64,000 nucleotides of DNA from Octopus vulgaris (GCA_951406725.2 OX597814.1:152024001-152088000), one strand, 5' to 3'; positions 25,785-38,988 are shown, numbered from the stretch's first letter. Notes: generated by a model from the letters alone, not told the origin. Made by a program: numbers and translations.

Positions 25785-26840
25785 TTTCTCAATTAGAAAC
25801 AGGGCCAATCCTTTTTAAGAGAAGGAGTTTTAGTCGATGCAACTTTTCTCGGTCCTCGATTAATAGTTTATTTTATAAACCCAGAAAAGATGGAAAGCAA
25901 AGTTAGCTTCGGAAGTATTTGAATCCAGAACAAAAAGTACTGGAGCAAGTACTGCAATGCACTATTTCAGGCACTAACGATTCTGTTTGTTTCTTGCTTA
26001 AATGATAAGGGTTTTTAAATTAGGCACACGGCCAGAAATTTTGAGCGGCGAGTTTTGGTTGGTACCACCGAATTCGGAAGTATTTGAACCCAGAGCGAAA
26101 AGTGCTGGAGCAAGTACCGGAAAGGACTTTTCAAACATTCTGACGATTTTGTTAGCTCATTGCTTAAATAATGCTTTTTGATTTAGGCCAGAAATTTTCT
26201 GTGGCGAGTACTGGTCGGTACCACTGATCTCAGGACTTGACGGCTATTTTATTTTGTTGACCCCAAAAGGATAAAAAGCAAAACTGACCTTGGCAGGATT
26301 TGAACTCGGAACATAATAAGCACAGCAGCAACAGAAACAGCAGTAGCAGCAGTAAAAACAATAACAACAATAGTAATGATAATAACTACGACCTTGGGAA
26401 TAATTATGATGATGGCAATATAATAATCATCATGATTATTTTAAAGAATGACTGAAGGCCGTAAATTTATAGAAGGAATATAGTCGATTAAATCGGTTCA
26501 GTATATTACTGGTACTATTCCATCAAGATCGGAAGTATGAAAGGAAAAGTCAGACCCGATTATATATGAATTCAAAACATGAAAGAATGTAATAAATTCC
26601 TCAAAGAACTTTTCAGCTTTCTACTAGCAGAACGCCGCCACCATCGAATAATAAGAATAATGATTTTAGTAATGATCGGATAGGTGAGATAATCGATTAA
26701 ATCGACTCAGAACTTGGCAGGCATTTAATTGATTGACACAAAAGGAAAGAAAAGCGAAATCGATTTCTGGAGGATTTTAAGTCAGAAAGTAAAGAGAAAT
26801 AATTAAATGAGGCAAGGTATTTTCTCCGTTTGCCGGCCTC
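25785..26840 (-). repeat. Array of about five diverged head-to-tail SINE family B copies
   Basis: Repeated (g)atttgaa(c/t)ccagaac and aaaagcaaa...gacct motifs near 25915, 26080, 26290, 26560 and 26770. Confidence 0.7.
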
Positions 26841-27370
26841 CTCTCACACATTAACGCTATGCGTTCACGAAATCTTGCGTTAGCATGAAGTTCTGTAACA
26901 CAAAATGTATTTTTTCCTCTTTGACTTTCATGCTCGTTGACTTTTGTGCGACAAGGAAATCAACAAATAGGTTCCGCTCTACGGAACCCTGTTTTACGGC
27001 AAAAATTCTCAGAGATGCAACTCCTCTGAGCTTTTTACGCTTGCATCTCTAATGCCTTTTGGAAAAGCATGAATGTCACAACATCTAAATCACTTCCATT
27101 ATAATTCAGTATCAAACCTCTAATTAAAAATAAAATTATCAGTCATTTTATTTTATAATAAAATCTAAGACTTAAACATAGACTTTTCTCTATGATTACA
27201 GGTTTTCCTTTATCCAGGTTCACAGGATATATCAAATATACCACATCTGTTGATATACATCTATACTGATCTTATTAATCTAATGTATTTTACTGCAAGA
27301 AGTATACGCACGCACACACACACAAACACACACATAAAAACACAAATAAAAAACACATAAACATATTGAT

Positions 27371-27520
27371 ACTGAAATATCATTAGATTATCGTATCACG
27401 TTGCAATTGAAGTACCATCATACTATCATACGTTGTCTTTGAAGTACCGTTACATTGCATATCATGACGGTACTGAAGTATCACCAGATTGCCATATGTT
27501 GATATTGGAGTATCATTTGG
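27371..27520. repeat. Decayed minisatellite, period about 33 bp
   Basis: tgaa(a/g)ta(t/c)c recurs at 27373, 27408, 27440 and 27474. Confidence 0.5.
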
Positions 27521-28571
27521 ATTCCTCATAAAGAGTAAATAGTTTATCGAAATAATCTTCGATATAAAATTAAATATTACTTTTAACATTATATGTCATG
27601 TTCAAACTGATGATAAGTATATGATGAAATTTCTTTCAGCTATGCTAATCCCATTTTTACCAAATAAGATACTCATGACAACATTATTATACGCACTTCT
27701 GTTCTTTTTAAACAACTGAGTATAAGTTGATGGTGATTTGGTTGTTAATTCCAGCAGGTAGAATTGTTAGTTTGCATTGAAGGGAAATTAAGATTTTACA
27801 AAGGGATTGTGGTGGGTTGGAAAAATCGAACCAAATGCTTTACATTTTATATTCCAATTCCATATTCCGTCCTGGCCAGCTTAACCTTTCATCCTTTCAG
27901 AGTCGATAACATTAAATATCAATGATAGTATCGATATGATATCCCTCCACTAAATTTATGTCCTTACATCTGTTTTAGAAATTTATATTTTTACAAATGT
28001 ACAAGGCTTAGATTTATTAGAAAAAGATAACGTGTGATCGTGGGATGTTCAATACTCTCTCTCTCAAATAGAAGGGAAAAGCAATCACGGGTTAGATTTA
28101 GAAACTGGCCTCTACGTCATTTAAGAACGCTCTATCCAGAAAAATTAGATTTAAAGATAGCAGCTTATAAACTCCATCGTTAACAGCAACACTGTCAGGG
28201 GTTTTCACAATATTAGCAAAGTTCAATTAAATTGTCAATCAAATTGTCAGTCAGTCTAACAATATCTTATTGATTTCCAGTGTGCAATATGAGCACAGTA
28301 ATTCTTCAGTTTATTAATGCATTGGAAGGAAAGAATCAGATGAGCACCGGACAGAATATCATGTGATATTTAGTAACATCATTTTAGGTTATAGACCCAC
28401 GTCCTGCCGTCTTTACGTTAGGAGTTCAAATTCCGCCGTTGTCGATTTTGCTTTTCGTCATTACGGGTCGATAAAATAAGTATTACTTGAGTATTAGAGT
28501 CAGTGAAATAGACATAGAACCCTCCCCTGAAATTGCTGGTCTTGTGCCAAAATTTGAAATCATTATTATAT

Positions 28572-28802
28572 ATTTCTTTACTACCCACAAGGGGCTAAAC
28601 ACAGAGGGGACAAACAAGGACAGACAAACGGATTATGTCGATTACATCGACCCCAGTGCGTAACTGTTACTTAATTTATCGATCCCGAAAGGATGAAAGG
28701 CAAAGTCGACCTCGGCGGAATTTGAATTCAGAACGTAACGGCAGACGAAATACGGCTACGCATTTCGCTCGGTGTGCTAACGTTTCTGCCAGCTCGCCGC
28801 CT
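28572..28802 (-). mobile_element. Young full-length SINE family B copy inserted into an older SINE pair
   Basis: Near-consensus reverse complement of 38989-39223; flanked by ttattata duplication. Confidence 0.9.
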
Positions 28803-29144
28803 TATTATAATCATGCTAAAGGTGGTGATCGTGCAGAATCGTTAGCGAGTCGAACAAAATGCTTAACAGCATTTCCTCTGGCTGAGATATGCTGACGATG
28901 TAGAACTATTTTATGTTGCGGTTTATTGAAGTTCAAAATTTAAATACTTACATTTAAGATAGGGAAACTGAAGAGAAAGTGAATTGCTTTCCCATGGCAT
29001 GAAGGAAAAGTCCTTGCCTTTTCGATAAATGGAAAAGTTCTCGCCTTCGATAACAAAAGATGCTTATCGAGTTTTGGGAGTTGATTTATTTAACTGTTAT
29101 CGCTATAAATTTGTGGCTTAGTACCAATGTTCAAAAGTAATATC

Positions 29145-29226
29145 ACACACACACACATACATACATACATACATACATACATACATACATACATACATAC
29201 ATACATGCATACATACATACATACAT

Positions 29227-29259
<33 letters not shown>

Positions 29260-29466
29260 TACATACATACATACATGCATACATACATACATGCATTCAT
29301 ACATACATACATACATAAATACATACATACATACATACATACATACATACATGCATGCATGCATACATACATACATACATACATGCATGCATGCATACAT
29401 ACATACATACATACATACATACATACATACATACATACATACATACATACATACATACATACATGC
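29145..29466. repeat. (ACAT)n microsatellite with ATGC variants
   Basis: Direct inspection. Confidence 0.95.
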
Positions 29467-29484
29467 ACCAGTCACATAACGTGA

Positions 29485-29812
29485 CACCAAGGATAAGTGT
29501 CTTCTAGTATAGCCCGGGGCCAACCAAAGTCTTATGAGTGGATATAATAGACGGAAACTGAAAGAAGCTCTTTGTATATGTAAACACTAATGGATGTGTG
29601 TCTTTGTATTTGCATTTGACTTCTACCACCGCTTGACAAGCAGTGATGGTCTATTTACGTCCACACAGTTGCGTTCGGCAAAAAGAGACGGAAAGAATAA
29701 GAACCGAGATTATAAAAAAATGTACTGAGGTTGATTTGGTTGACTAATCTCTTCAAGGTAGTGCCCCAGCATGACCGCAGTGTAGGGACTGGAACAAATA
29801 AAAGATCAAAGA
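29485..29812 (+). mobile_element. SINE family A copy (5' truncated)
   Basis: aagtgtcttct...agacggaaactgaaagaagc...gtgccccagcatgaccgcag. Confidence 0.8.
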
Positions 29813-29833
29813 AATACATACAGATTATATGTA

Positions 29834-30041
29834 CGAGGAGATACTGAGAAGTTCCCGGCTTTAAGGGTGTCACAAAAGGCCTGGTTGAGGGCACTACCTT
29901 CCGAATTCTTTCGCAGGGCTTAGAAAAACCGAAGTACTGCCGCAATACGTGCGTGAATCTGAGAGGAGTATATGTTGAGTAAAATCATAATTATCTGATC
30001 GTCCTGTATTTTCTTTTATCCAAAGCCAGGAACTTTTCAGC
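29834..30041 (-). mobile_element. mariner-derived MITE
   Basis: Reverse-orientation homologue of 15400-15613; TA before cgagg; other TIR aaagccaggaacttttcagc truncated by (TA)n. Confidence 0.8.
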
Positions 30042-30079
<38 letters not shown>

Positions 30080-31319
30080 GGTTCAGTAAAATTTAGATTC
30101 AGTTGAATATGGTACTTAAGTTAAAGGCACCAGAATTTAGTATGGTATTATCCATATAATTCAAAATCCTTGTTGCTTATTTTGAATATATATATATATG
30201 TATATATGTATATATATATACACGCACACACACACAATGTGTGTGTGTGTTCCTGTACACACATAAATAATTTTTGTTACATTAATCATTTATATTTTCG
30301 TGAATTTATCCTACAATTTTGGATGTATCTGCGTCTTTACTAAGCAATTCGTGGGTGTTCTCTACAGGCTAGAGAATTACGAGTTCTAAAAGAATTATCT
30401 GGAACTTGACACTTAATGTGCTTTGCTGTCCGGAAATCTTTTGAAAAATATCCTGAAAATAAAACTTAATAAACTTCCAGATAAGCATATTCGTTTGGAA
30501 ATCTAGCTACAAGTCATTCTTTGAAATTTATATAACCTCATAAATGTAATGTGTTTGTTATAATGTACAAACACTATAAATTTAACAGAATAAGTAGTTA
30601 TGGATTTATTAAAAGCTATAAACTATAAATTTTTTAAAACATTGAAGGAAAAGAATATTCTTAATAAAATAAGAAAGGAAGTCTTAAAATTGATATCAAG
30701 ACATATTCCGTATCATTAAAGATAATGAAAGGAAATATATAATAGGAAAAGTCTTAAAATAGTTATTAATACACTACCTACCTTACCTCCAGTTGTGATA
30801 GCTTCCAGCTTTGCTATCTTTTTAAGGCCACCAACGAATTACTAATATCAAATTATTTATCTTGAAACATTGCATATATAACAACATTCAGTTAACTTTA
30901 ATGTCGTTTGAATTCAGTTTGCGTATTTGTGAGACGGTGCTTTGCTGACAAACAATAAAAATAGCATACTTTAAATTCCATTTAGAATATAAGATATGAA
31001 AACACTTGTGTTGTTCGAAATGTAACTGTTTACATATAAAACTAATTATATATTCTTCGGTGAACATTCTAATTCAATATTTAAATAAGTGAAATAAATC
31101 GATCACTAAATATTTTATAACAGTTAGACAACAGACGCTTAGTTCGCTCAACATTTATCTCTCTCTCCCCCCCTCTCTCACTCTTTTATATTTACTGATT
31201 AACTTGCTACTTTGCCTATCCCGCTATCGATCATCTCAAACTCTATCTCTAACACACACACACTCTCTGTCTGTCTGTCTCTGTCTGTCTGTCTCTGTCT
31301 GTCTGTCTCTGTCTCTGTC

Positions 31320-31377
<58 letters not shown>

Positions 31378-31800
31378 GTCCAATGCTACTAGCTTTAATG
31401 CAGCTTCTTGTCCTAACTCGATCCTGGTTCATTTACAGTAGGTGTTTTCAGGTGATAATGATACTTAATTCCCAGTAACTATCAAGTTCAAGTAATTAAT
31501 ATTTAAGTGTCATCACTAACATACTTTAAGTCGTGAATTTTATTCTATTTAATTGATCTATGTGTTCTAAGATGACAGTACAAGCCTATTCTTTATCTAA
31601 AAGAAACCTAGCGACGTGGAAGTGAGAATAGGAATGCAGCCGAGTCTAAGAGAACTTGTTGAGTTGCTTCCCTCCATCGACGGCTTCTTATGTCAACCTT
31701 ATATTTACACTTACTTTCAAAGTTATCGCGCCCAATGTAGTACTTTCTCCTTTAGAGTTGACGATCAAATGCATCAATCATCCACGGGGAAACGCTAATA

Positions 31801-33009
31801 GGGGAGACCGGGTCTTGTTGTTACACGGCTAAGTTGTTACAAGTCCATTGTTTCCAACTTCAAGAAATAGGTGGCACTCGGGTCTCTACCTCTTGAAGGC
31901 CAACTCCATAGCATCATGACTGCACATGTGCATTGCACTGGCGGGCTGTCACCAGGAAAGGTATGGCTCAAAAAACGATTTTTTACTCCAAAAGTGAAAT
32001 TTTGCCACAAAGTTATTTCCTTAACTACTAAAGCACAAGTGGTGTTACTGAAGTTGTTTATGGCTCATTAGGAAGTGTTAGAAGTTGCCTTCGATACATA
32101 AAGGTGTGTCCTGGATGCCATGCATTGCTGGTGCTGTGTACGAGGTAATCCCCAGAAATCCATGGTTGGGGCTAATTGTTACAGTGTATCAACTTACCCC
32201 TTCTATTTCAGTTTAACACGCTATGCCTAGAAATTACAAAAGGAAGACTACAAGGGGAGATATCTCTCCTGATGTCATGGAAAGAGCCGCCAGAAAAGTT
32301 GTGGATGAAAAGAAATTATTACGGGATGTTGCCGTAAAACGGCGCATAGTGGATGAAATAAACGAAAGGAAATCCAAAGCAAAAAAGGCAACTGGTACAG
32401 AAAAGGCAACAAAGTGGAAGGGAAAGTCAACTAAAACAGGTAAAGGCAAAGGGAAGCAACCTCGCAGCAAGCAAGTCACCGATTGGAAATGCCTTGTCTG
32501 CTCAGATTGGTATTCCAACTCTCTTCCAGGTGAAGACTGTGCAATGCATGATCTGTAAAGTCTAGGCACACACTGACTCTACCGATGGACGACAGGACTT
32601 TCTGTGTGATCTGTGTGGTGAGAAGTTAATGGAGGACGATTCCGATTAGATGGCACATGTAATAATGGGGAAATTGGCTGATGAGGACTCTCAGTATCAC
32701 AATTAGGATATGAGATAGTTCAAAGCACAGTTAATAATACTTCCTAGGTGCTTGAAGCAGGAGACGTATCCATTTTAAACTTGTTTGTTAACACCTCGCA
32801 CTCAGGGAAAATTGTTACATCTGACACCACCTCATTAATTAGAACTTGTCTAGTTAATGTTATGTAATTTCTATTTTTTTTTGCTGGTGATAACAATAAA
32901 TAGAGATCTAATTAAATCTGAAAGTAAACTTTAGCTGTGTTCATTTATGTGGGTGCCAAGGCATAAAAAAAAATGAAAACTAAATGTAACAACTAGACCC
33001 GGTCTCCCC
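31801..33009 (+). mobile_element. Internally deleted pogo/Fot1-like (Tc1/mariner superfamily) transposon, 1209 bp
   Basis: 25-bp TIRs ggggagaccgggtct(t/a)gttgttaca with 1 mismatch; TA on both sides; internal ORF with psq-HTH-like start and PHD-like end. Confidence 0.85.
32223..32649 (+). pseudogene. Deleted transposase: pipsqueak-HTH-like N-terminus joined to Lys-rich linker and PHD-like finger
   Basis: MPRNYKRKTTRG...MERAARKVV...LRDVA; CLVC then, after a frameshift, QCMICKV*AHTDSTDGRQDFLCDLC; no DDE core. Confidence 0.75.
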
Positions 33010-33079
33010 TATTAAAGTTTTGAATTCAGAGTACCAGAAAGGTATCATCTTTGAATAGATGATGCAGTTTATATAGCCT

Positions 33080-33990
33080 TTCTCTGTTCATTGGTGTTCT
33101 AATCGCAGGAAAGACTCAAAGCTTAGTCTTCTGCCTTAGTACCAAGTTCCACCAGGAGAATCTGTTTCATAGACCTGGTCAGGTTGAAAGGGACGATCCT
33201 AGATAATGACCGCTACAGATATTTTAGCGTAGGGAAGCCATTTTGGCCGATACGAGATATCTTTTACCATAATCAGGCTTTTGGCTCGCAGAAGAGTAAG
33301 GCATAAACCTTAAAAAGAATTCTCAGAAAAACCTATTTGGAAGTTACTTTGGTTTCTTGGGTTAGATTTTTCTATTCCTCTGAACTATTATGAAAACAGT
33401 ACACCTATTACACAATTAAGTTATTAAGGTATATGATATGACGAGTCAGCGAACACGTTTGGCTTCTTCCAGTCAAGCAAACTAACCCTTTTTCGATCAA
33501 TATCGCCTACGGGATTCACATTGCGTCCTACTGTACAACAACTGCTTCCCAAATCTTCTGCGATAGATAAGCAGTAGCCAAGCCATCATCCATATTTTGT
33601 CATTTGTAAAGTCGTTTACACAAAACTGTGCTGCACCGACTGAAGCAAAGAACATTGCTGAAGTCAGCCACCCTTATTTGAGCTGAAGTAATGTCTTCAA
33701 GACTACAATAAAAATAATAAAGAGTGTCTTCTAGCACTTCCCATCTTACAAATTTTCCAAATTTCAGGAGACTTTTTCGGCTCCTTGCCGACAGAATCTC
33801 TATTAACTTTGCAGACTCCTCCTACCTTCTATATGTTAATCATGATCTATTTCCACAACACAAATTTTCCTAAATTCTCCTTTTTCACGTCACCAGTAAA
33901 CATAGAGACCGTATTAGTAGTTTTACCTCGAGTACAAAGAGTAACCAAATCTCCGGCCGTTTGATGAATGGTCTTGACGGTGTCTCTAAC
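33080..33990 (-). mobile_element. HERO/R2-group (RLE) non-LTR retrotransposon C-terminal remnant
   Basis: Minus-strand 'TRSMKQILLVEL' resembles RLE 'S...KQIILIELT'; upstream 'CRQGA', 'KFVRWE' and 'AYLSQ' resemble 'QGAW.KWE' and 'ALSQGRY'. Confidence 0.5.
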
Positions 33991-33993
33991 ATT

Positions 33994-34365
33994 AGGCGGC
34001 GAGCTGGCAGAAACGTTAGCACGCCGAGTGAAATGCTTAGCGGTATTTCGTTTGACGTTACGTTCTGAGTTCAAATTCCGCCGAAGTCGACTTTCATCCT
34101 TTCGGGGTCGATAAATTAAGTACCAGTTACGCACTGGGGTAGATGTAATCGACTTAATCCGTTTGTCTGTCCTTGTTTGTCCCTTCTGTGTTTAGCCCCT
34201 TGTAGGTAGTAAAGAAATCGGTATTTCGACCATCGCTACGTTCTGAGTTCAAATTCCGTCGAGGTCGACTTTGCCTTTCATCCTTTTGGGGTCGATAAAT
34301 TAAGTACCAGTGAATAGACTAGTCCCCACGCCCCAAATTTCAGGCCTTGTGCTTTGAATAGAAAA
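33994..34365 (+). mobile_element. SINE family B full copy followed by a head-less second unit
   Basis: Full unit 33994-34219; second unit restarts at ggtatttcg (34220). Confidence 0.85.
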
Positions 34366-35329
34366 CATAAAAGATTATTATTAAATAGTGCGACTCAGAA
34401 CTAACTTCTAATCGTACCTAACTAATATTTATCCCGCTACAGTATTTTAATCTGAGATTTATCTTAATATTTGAAAGCATGTCATAGTGAGCTCCATACC
34501 CATGAGGACAATCATTTTCACTTTGCTAACACGAACAATTACTGCTGTTCCCCAAACCCCAAAACCCCAAAATCCCCAAATCGATGAAAACACTTATAAG
34601 TAATCATCTTTATCAATGGTATTGGGTCTCTCATTTTTCATTATTTGGCTTTGTGGATCTCGATCAACTTGTCATGTCGTTCACCAATGGTTGTCTTTTT
34701 CATACGAGTACTGCAGTAAAAATAATGTTGCACTCGAACATCAGTAGACGGTGTCTGTTATTAGACTCCTTTATCCAAGTTGCTCGCTTATAGCTCAAAC
34801 ATATCTCACATGTATTCAATCGGAACTCTCTTGTTAGACCACACCATTATGCCATGTGCTTCTGAGAGCTCTAACTGAATCGTACTTTATTGACTCAGGT
34901 GTATCCTAAGATGTGTTAATTCTCCCACACTCATAATTCTGACCATTTGAACTACGTTTTTTTATTTCTAACAAGATATTCTTCTGTACAGATGACGCGA
35001 GTATACACTTTTCATTAACTTTCTGTACGAAGCTATAATCCAAATTAAATATACCTTTCGTCTAATCTACATTTGCCTTCATGAACAGAGATTTCGGAAG
35101 CATCCGCTAAGGGAGACATTATAACACAGTTACTTTCAACAAAACGAAAACACTATCACTATACATATCAAGGAAACTGTTATCTAACTGAGCCTCTACA
35201 AATAAGCAGCACAATTTCATAAAATCTCTACAAATACTTGACGTTATAATATCAGATAATTTCTCATATATATAGACTCGCCAAAATTACGCCTCTATTT
35301 TAATGGTCAGAAAATCATTTTTCTTTGAG

Positions 35330-35720
35330 TAGTCACTGACCCTCTACGAAGATCAGGTACGATACATATATTTATGGACGGTTCTCCTGTTACACAAACA
35401 AATATCCAATACCTCATCCAAAAGAAAGCGAACCAACAGATCGACACAGATTCGATCCTCAACAACCTAAAACAACTTGGCTCACAGATGCACTGTTTCT
35501 TCTCACCGTCTTGTCTACTACTGCTGCTTTTCCAGACTAGCAAGCTACATGCTACGTCCACTGAAGACAATCTAATCGTATATCTTACTGTCTCCTCCCT
35601 TGATGTCACACGAAATATACCTGTCGCTTTCTTTCCTAGATGGATATGCAATCCTCTCCTCTCTCTCGTATTTCTTGCAAACATTGACCTAAAGTGTTCA
35701 AATTGAATATCATCTATATC
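35330..35720 (+). mobile_element. CR1/L2-type LINE 3' remnant
   Basis: 'DGSPVTQTNIQYLIQKKANQQIDTDSILNNLKQL' and 'AFFPR' resemble 'W.G.....L..LDRIQ.KA.RLI...L.PLAHRR' and 'SFFPR'. Confidence 0.7.
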
Positions 35721-37424
35721 AAAACGTCTTACCAGTCTCGGGGAATATACAAAGGACACAGGGACTGCTCTCTTCTCACTGACAATTGGAAACAATGTAA
35801 ATGGAAGAAATATGTATCTAAATGGTTTTTTTTATCACTATAGCAATTTTCTAAAAATATAAGAAAGTCTGTAGCTGACAAAAAAAATTAAAATACATTT
35901 ATCTAACACATATTGCGTTTTATAAAAACAGAATTTATGGTAGGTTGTAAGTTCTATAAACATATTACATTTCCTTAAATATAGCTGTCATACTATTGTG
36001 GCTGATGAGTTGCTTAGAGAGATATGATATCGAATAGTAGAATAAATTTTTTGATAACAAAAGATAAATTTGTTTTGGTAATCACAGCATCAAGCGGACT
36101 TCAAAAGAATTTCGCTGCCAGATTTCTCAGACACAGTATATTTATTTCGTCAAATACAATAAAATACAATAGGTGCCATTCATGTGTTACTGAAGTTGCA
36201 TTAAAATGAGAGTATAAATCATGGAACTGCATGCTATTTTGATTGTATCTATTATAATTAATACAACACTCTTATTCCTTGATTTACATCTTCCGTAAGT
36301 CTTAGAATCGATAATAAAATTCTAAGCAACGAAGAAATCATTTATGTTAAAATGTAAACAGTTCATTTCAACACTGCCAGTTAGATTCAGACGATTTTTT
36401 CCACAGGAAAAGAAAAAGACTTCTTTTCAACTAAATTCGTATAAAATTTTAAATATTTTATGTATTGAAAATAAATACGAGGCTGCGTTTATAGAAATAA
36501 ATCTCTGGTTTGTAGTAATTTTTTGCTATTTCTACGAAGCATGTAATTCTAATATTTTAAAAGAAAAGAAAGTTGCCTCTCAATGGTTTTAGTTGCTTTT
36601 CGAATAGAAAACTCTGTTCAACCGGAAATTAAAAGCAAATTTTTACATCAGTTAGCCGGAGGTTTAACACCTGCTTTGAAGAAAATCAACAAGAAGTTTT
36701 ATGATTAATGGGTAAATTACCTTTATTTCACACTTATTTGAATAAACTCTGCTAATCATTACATTCGAAATATGTTTGCTTATTTCAATACTCTATATTA
36801 TGAAAGGCTTTTAATGGCTCTCGATATTTTGGTAAAATACCCTTCCATAGCCCAGAGAATTAAAAGAAAGGCTATCATATATAATTCCAACATATACCAG
36901 AATCAGTGGATATATTAAATGCGATGACTAATATGAAATTGTATTTTCCAGTAATAATGAAAATGACCAAAATGACTATTTTGAAGTCTTCCATCTTCAA
37001 AAAATCTTTGAAGATGAAGCCTATATGTTGTTGACTTCATGCAAATGTGCAAGAATGACGGGTTGAATGGCAGAATAGTCGTATATAAGGTGGGCATATA
37101 CTTATTATCGATACAAATAAGGTGATATAAATAATGTCAAACCGGGTTTGGAACGGAATCCCAAATGTACCTCACAGAAGGAAATTACAATCCAATAAGA
37201 TCATAACTTCTCGCGAAGCATGTTTTCTAGAGTTGAAATGAGATGTCACTTTTATTTCTGCAACTGACATTCGTTTGAGACGTTTTCCAATATCATATAC
37301 AATACTGCATGTATGAAAAGAATCCTCAAACCACTGACTCAAAGAAGTTGAAGGATGACAGTTTATGCAAAACGTACAAGATAACACATAAACATTATAC
37401 ATACATACATGAAAACACACACAA

Positions 37425-37472
<48 letters not shown>

Positions 37473-38180
37473 ACATAAATAAAAATATATATTGTGTCTC
37501 GTTGCTATGAAACTTTTGAAGGAAAATCTTTATGATTATGGTACGTGTAATTATTATTTTCATTGTGAATGTGAATGCGTTGATGGATAAGTTTCGTATG
37601 GTAGCAGAACATCCATGGCTCTTCATTCGACTCAAAAGATCAGACATCGCTGATTAGGTATTATGTTTCTCAACATCTTTTTGGCGGTTTCAGTGTCAGA
37701 TGTGTCAAGTGTCGTCGATCAGTAGAATTGGTAGAGCGATGAACAAAATTCTTTGTATCATATAGTTACTTCTCTTAACATTCTAAGTTTAAATTCTGTC
37801 GACATCAACTTTACCTTGGGGTGGAGTGGTAATCAATAAAGTGCCAAGGAAATACGGAGTTATTGTGACTTTATGCTCATATCGGAAGTCCGTATTGAAT
37901 GTAAAGCTGATTAAAACATCTTGAAGATGTTAATACTGAACTGAGACATTTAATTTGAAGAATTAGACACCAAAATTTACTCCTATCCTTCTTCTTCAAT
38001 ACCGAAAACCACTTCACATTTATATATTCCACACAAACATTGATCTGCAAAAGTTCAAATTGTCTATTATTTATATTAATACTAGCCAGATGTTTCTAAA
38101 CTGTAGTTTCAGAGAAATTGGAAAAGCGACAAGAGTTTCATGAATTTCTGACTAAACTAAAAACAGTAAAAGCATTTGCA

Positions 38181-38432
38181 TTCATATCTACAACTTCATA
38201 CTTGGTACTTTTCATATCTACCACTTGGTACTTTTCATGTCTGCCGTTGATATTCTTTATATCTACCTATTGGTACACTTCATATCTGCCTATTGATACT
38301 CTTCATATTTGCTTATTGATAATCTTCATATCTACGTACAGGTACTCTTCGTATTTACCACTTGGTACTCTTCTTAAGTACTTATTGGTACTCTTTATAT
38401 CTACCTATTAGGTACTCTTCATATCTACTACT
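38181..38432. repeat. Degenerate minisatellite of about 23 bp (ttcatatctacctattggtactc)
   Basis: About 11 units visible; duplicated at about 48578-48829. Confidence 0.85.
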
Positions 38433-38988
38433 TGAAATCATTCATAGTTGCAAATCTAGGACATTGCAACTCTTCTATGCATTTTAAAATATTATTTGGA
38501 GCAGCCACAGATTCAAATGTCTCCTTCACTGAAAGTTTATTTGACATTAAGTATTATTGGAAACTTATGAAATCTTTAGGCACATTCATAAAAATATTGA
38601 TGTGAAAATCTCCAGCAATAGATTGAAAATTTAATGCAACTATGGATTAATTAATCAATGAATACAAAGAAACAAACAAAAAAAAAACAGAATTGATTCT
38701 AGCGACAGATGACATAAAATCCATTTGGTCAAATAGTTATACTTTGAGCACTCTCAGTCATACACAGACACATACGCACGCATGAAATAACGGCTAAAAT
38801 ATAATGATAATGATATCAGACAATTTTGTACATCTGCTTATTGATTTTTTCACGACTACTTTCATTAGTATAGTAAATGACAATGCATCACTGACGGGAC
38901 CATTATAAGAACAAAATATACCCGGAGTTGTGACATACAGATTTACTATTTAATTTAGTACTTTGCGCAGTAGGTATGTACAAAAGTT

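Noticed and set aside
27371-27520. Short repeats spaced about 33 bp apart
   Set aside because: The intervening sequences are mutually similar, so this is a decayed minisatellite and not repeat-spacer.
35307-35795. 162-aa minus-strand ORF
   Set aside because: Antisense to the CR1/L2 remnant and frameshifted in the duplicate copy.
38181-38432. Possible CRISPR-like array
   Set aside because: Contiguous degenerate 23-mers without unique spacers, no cas genes, eukaryotic context.
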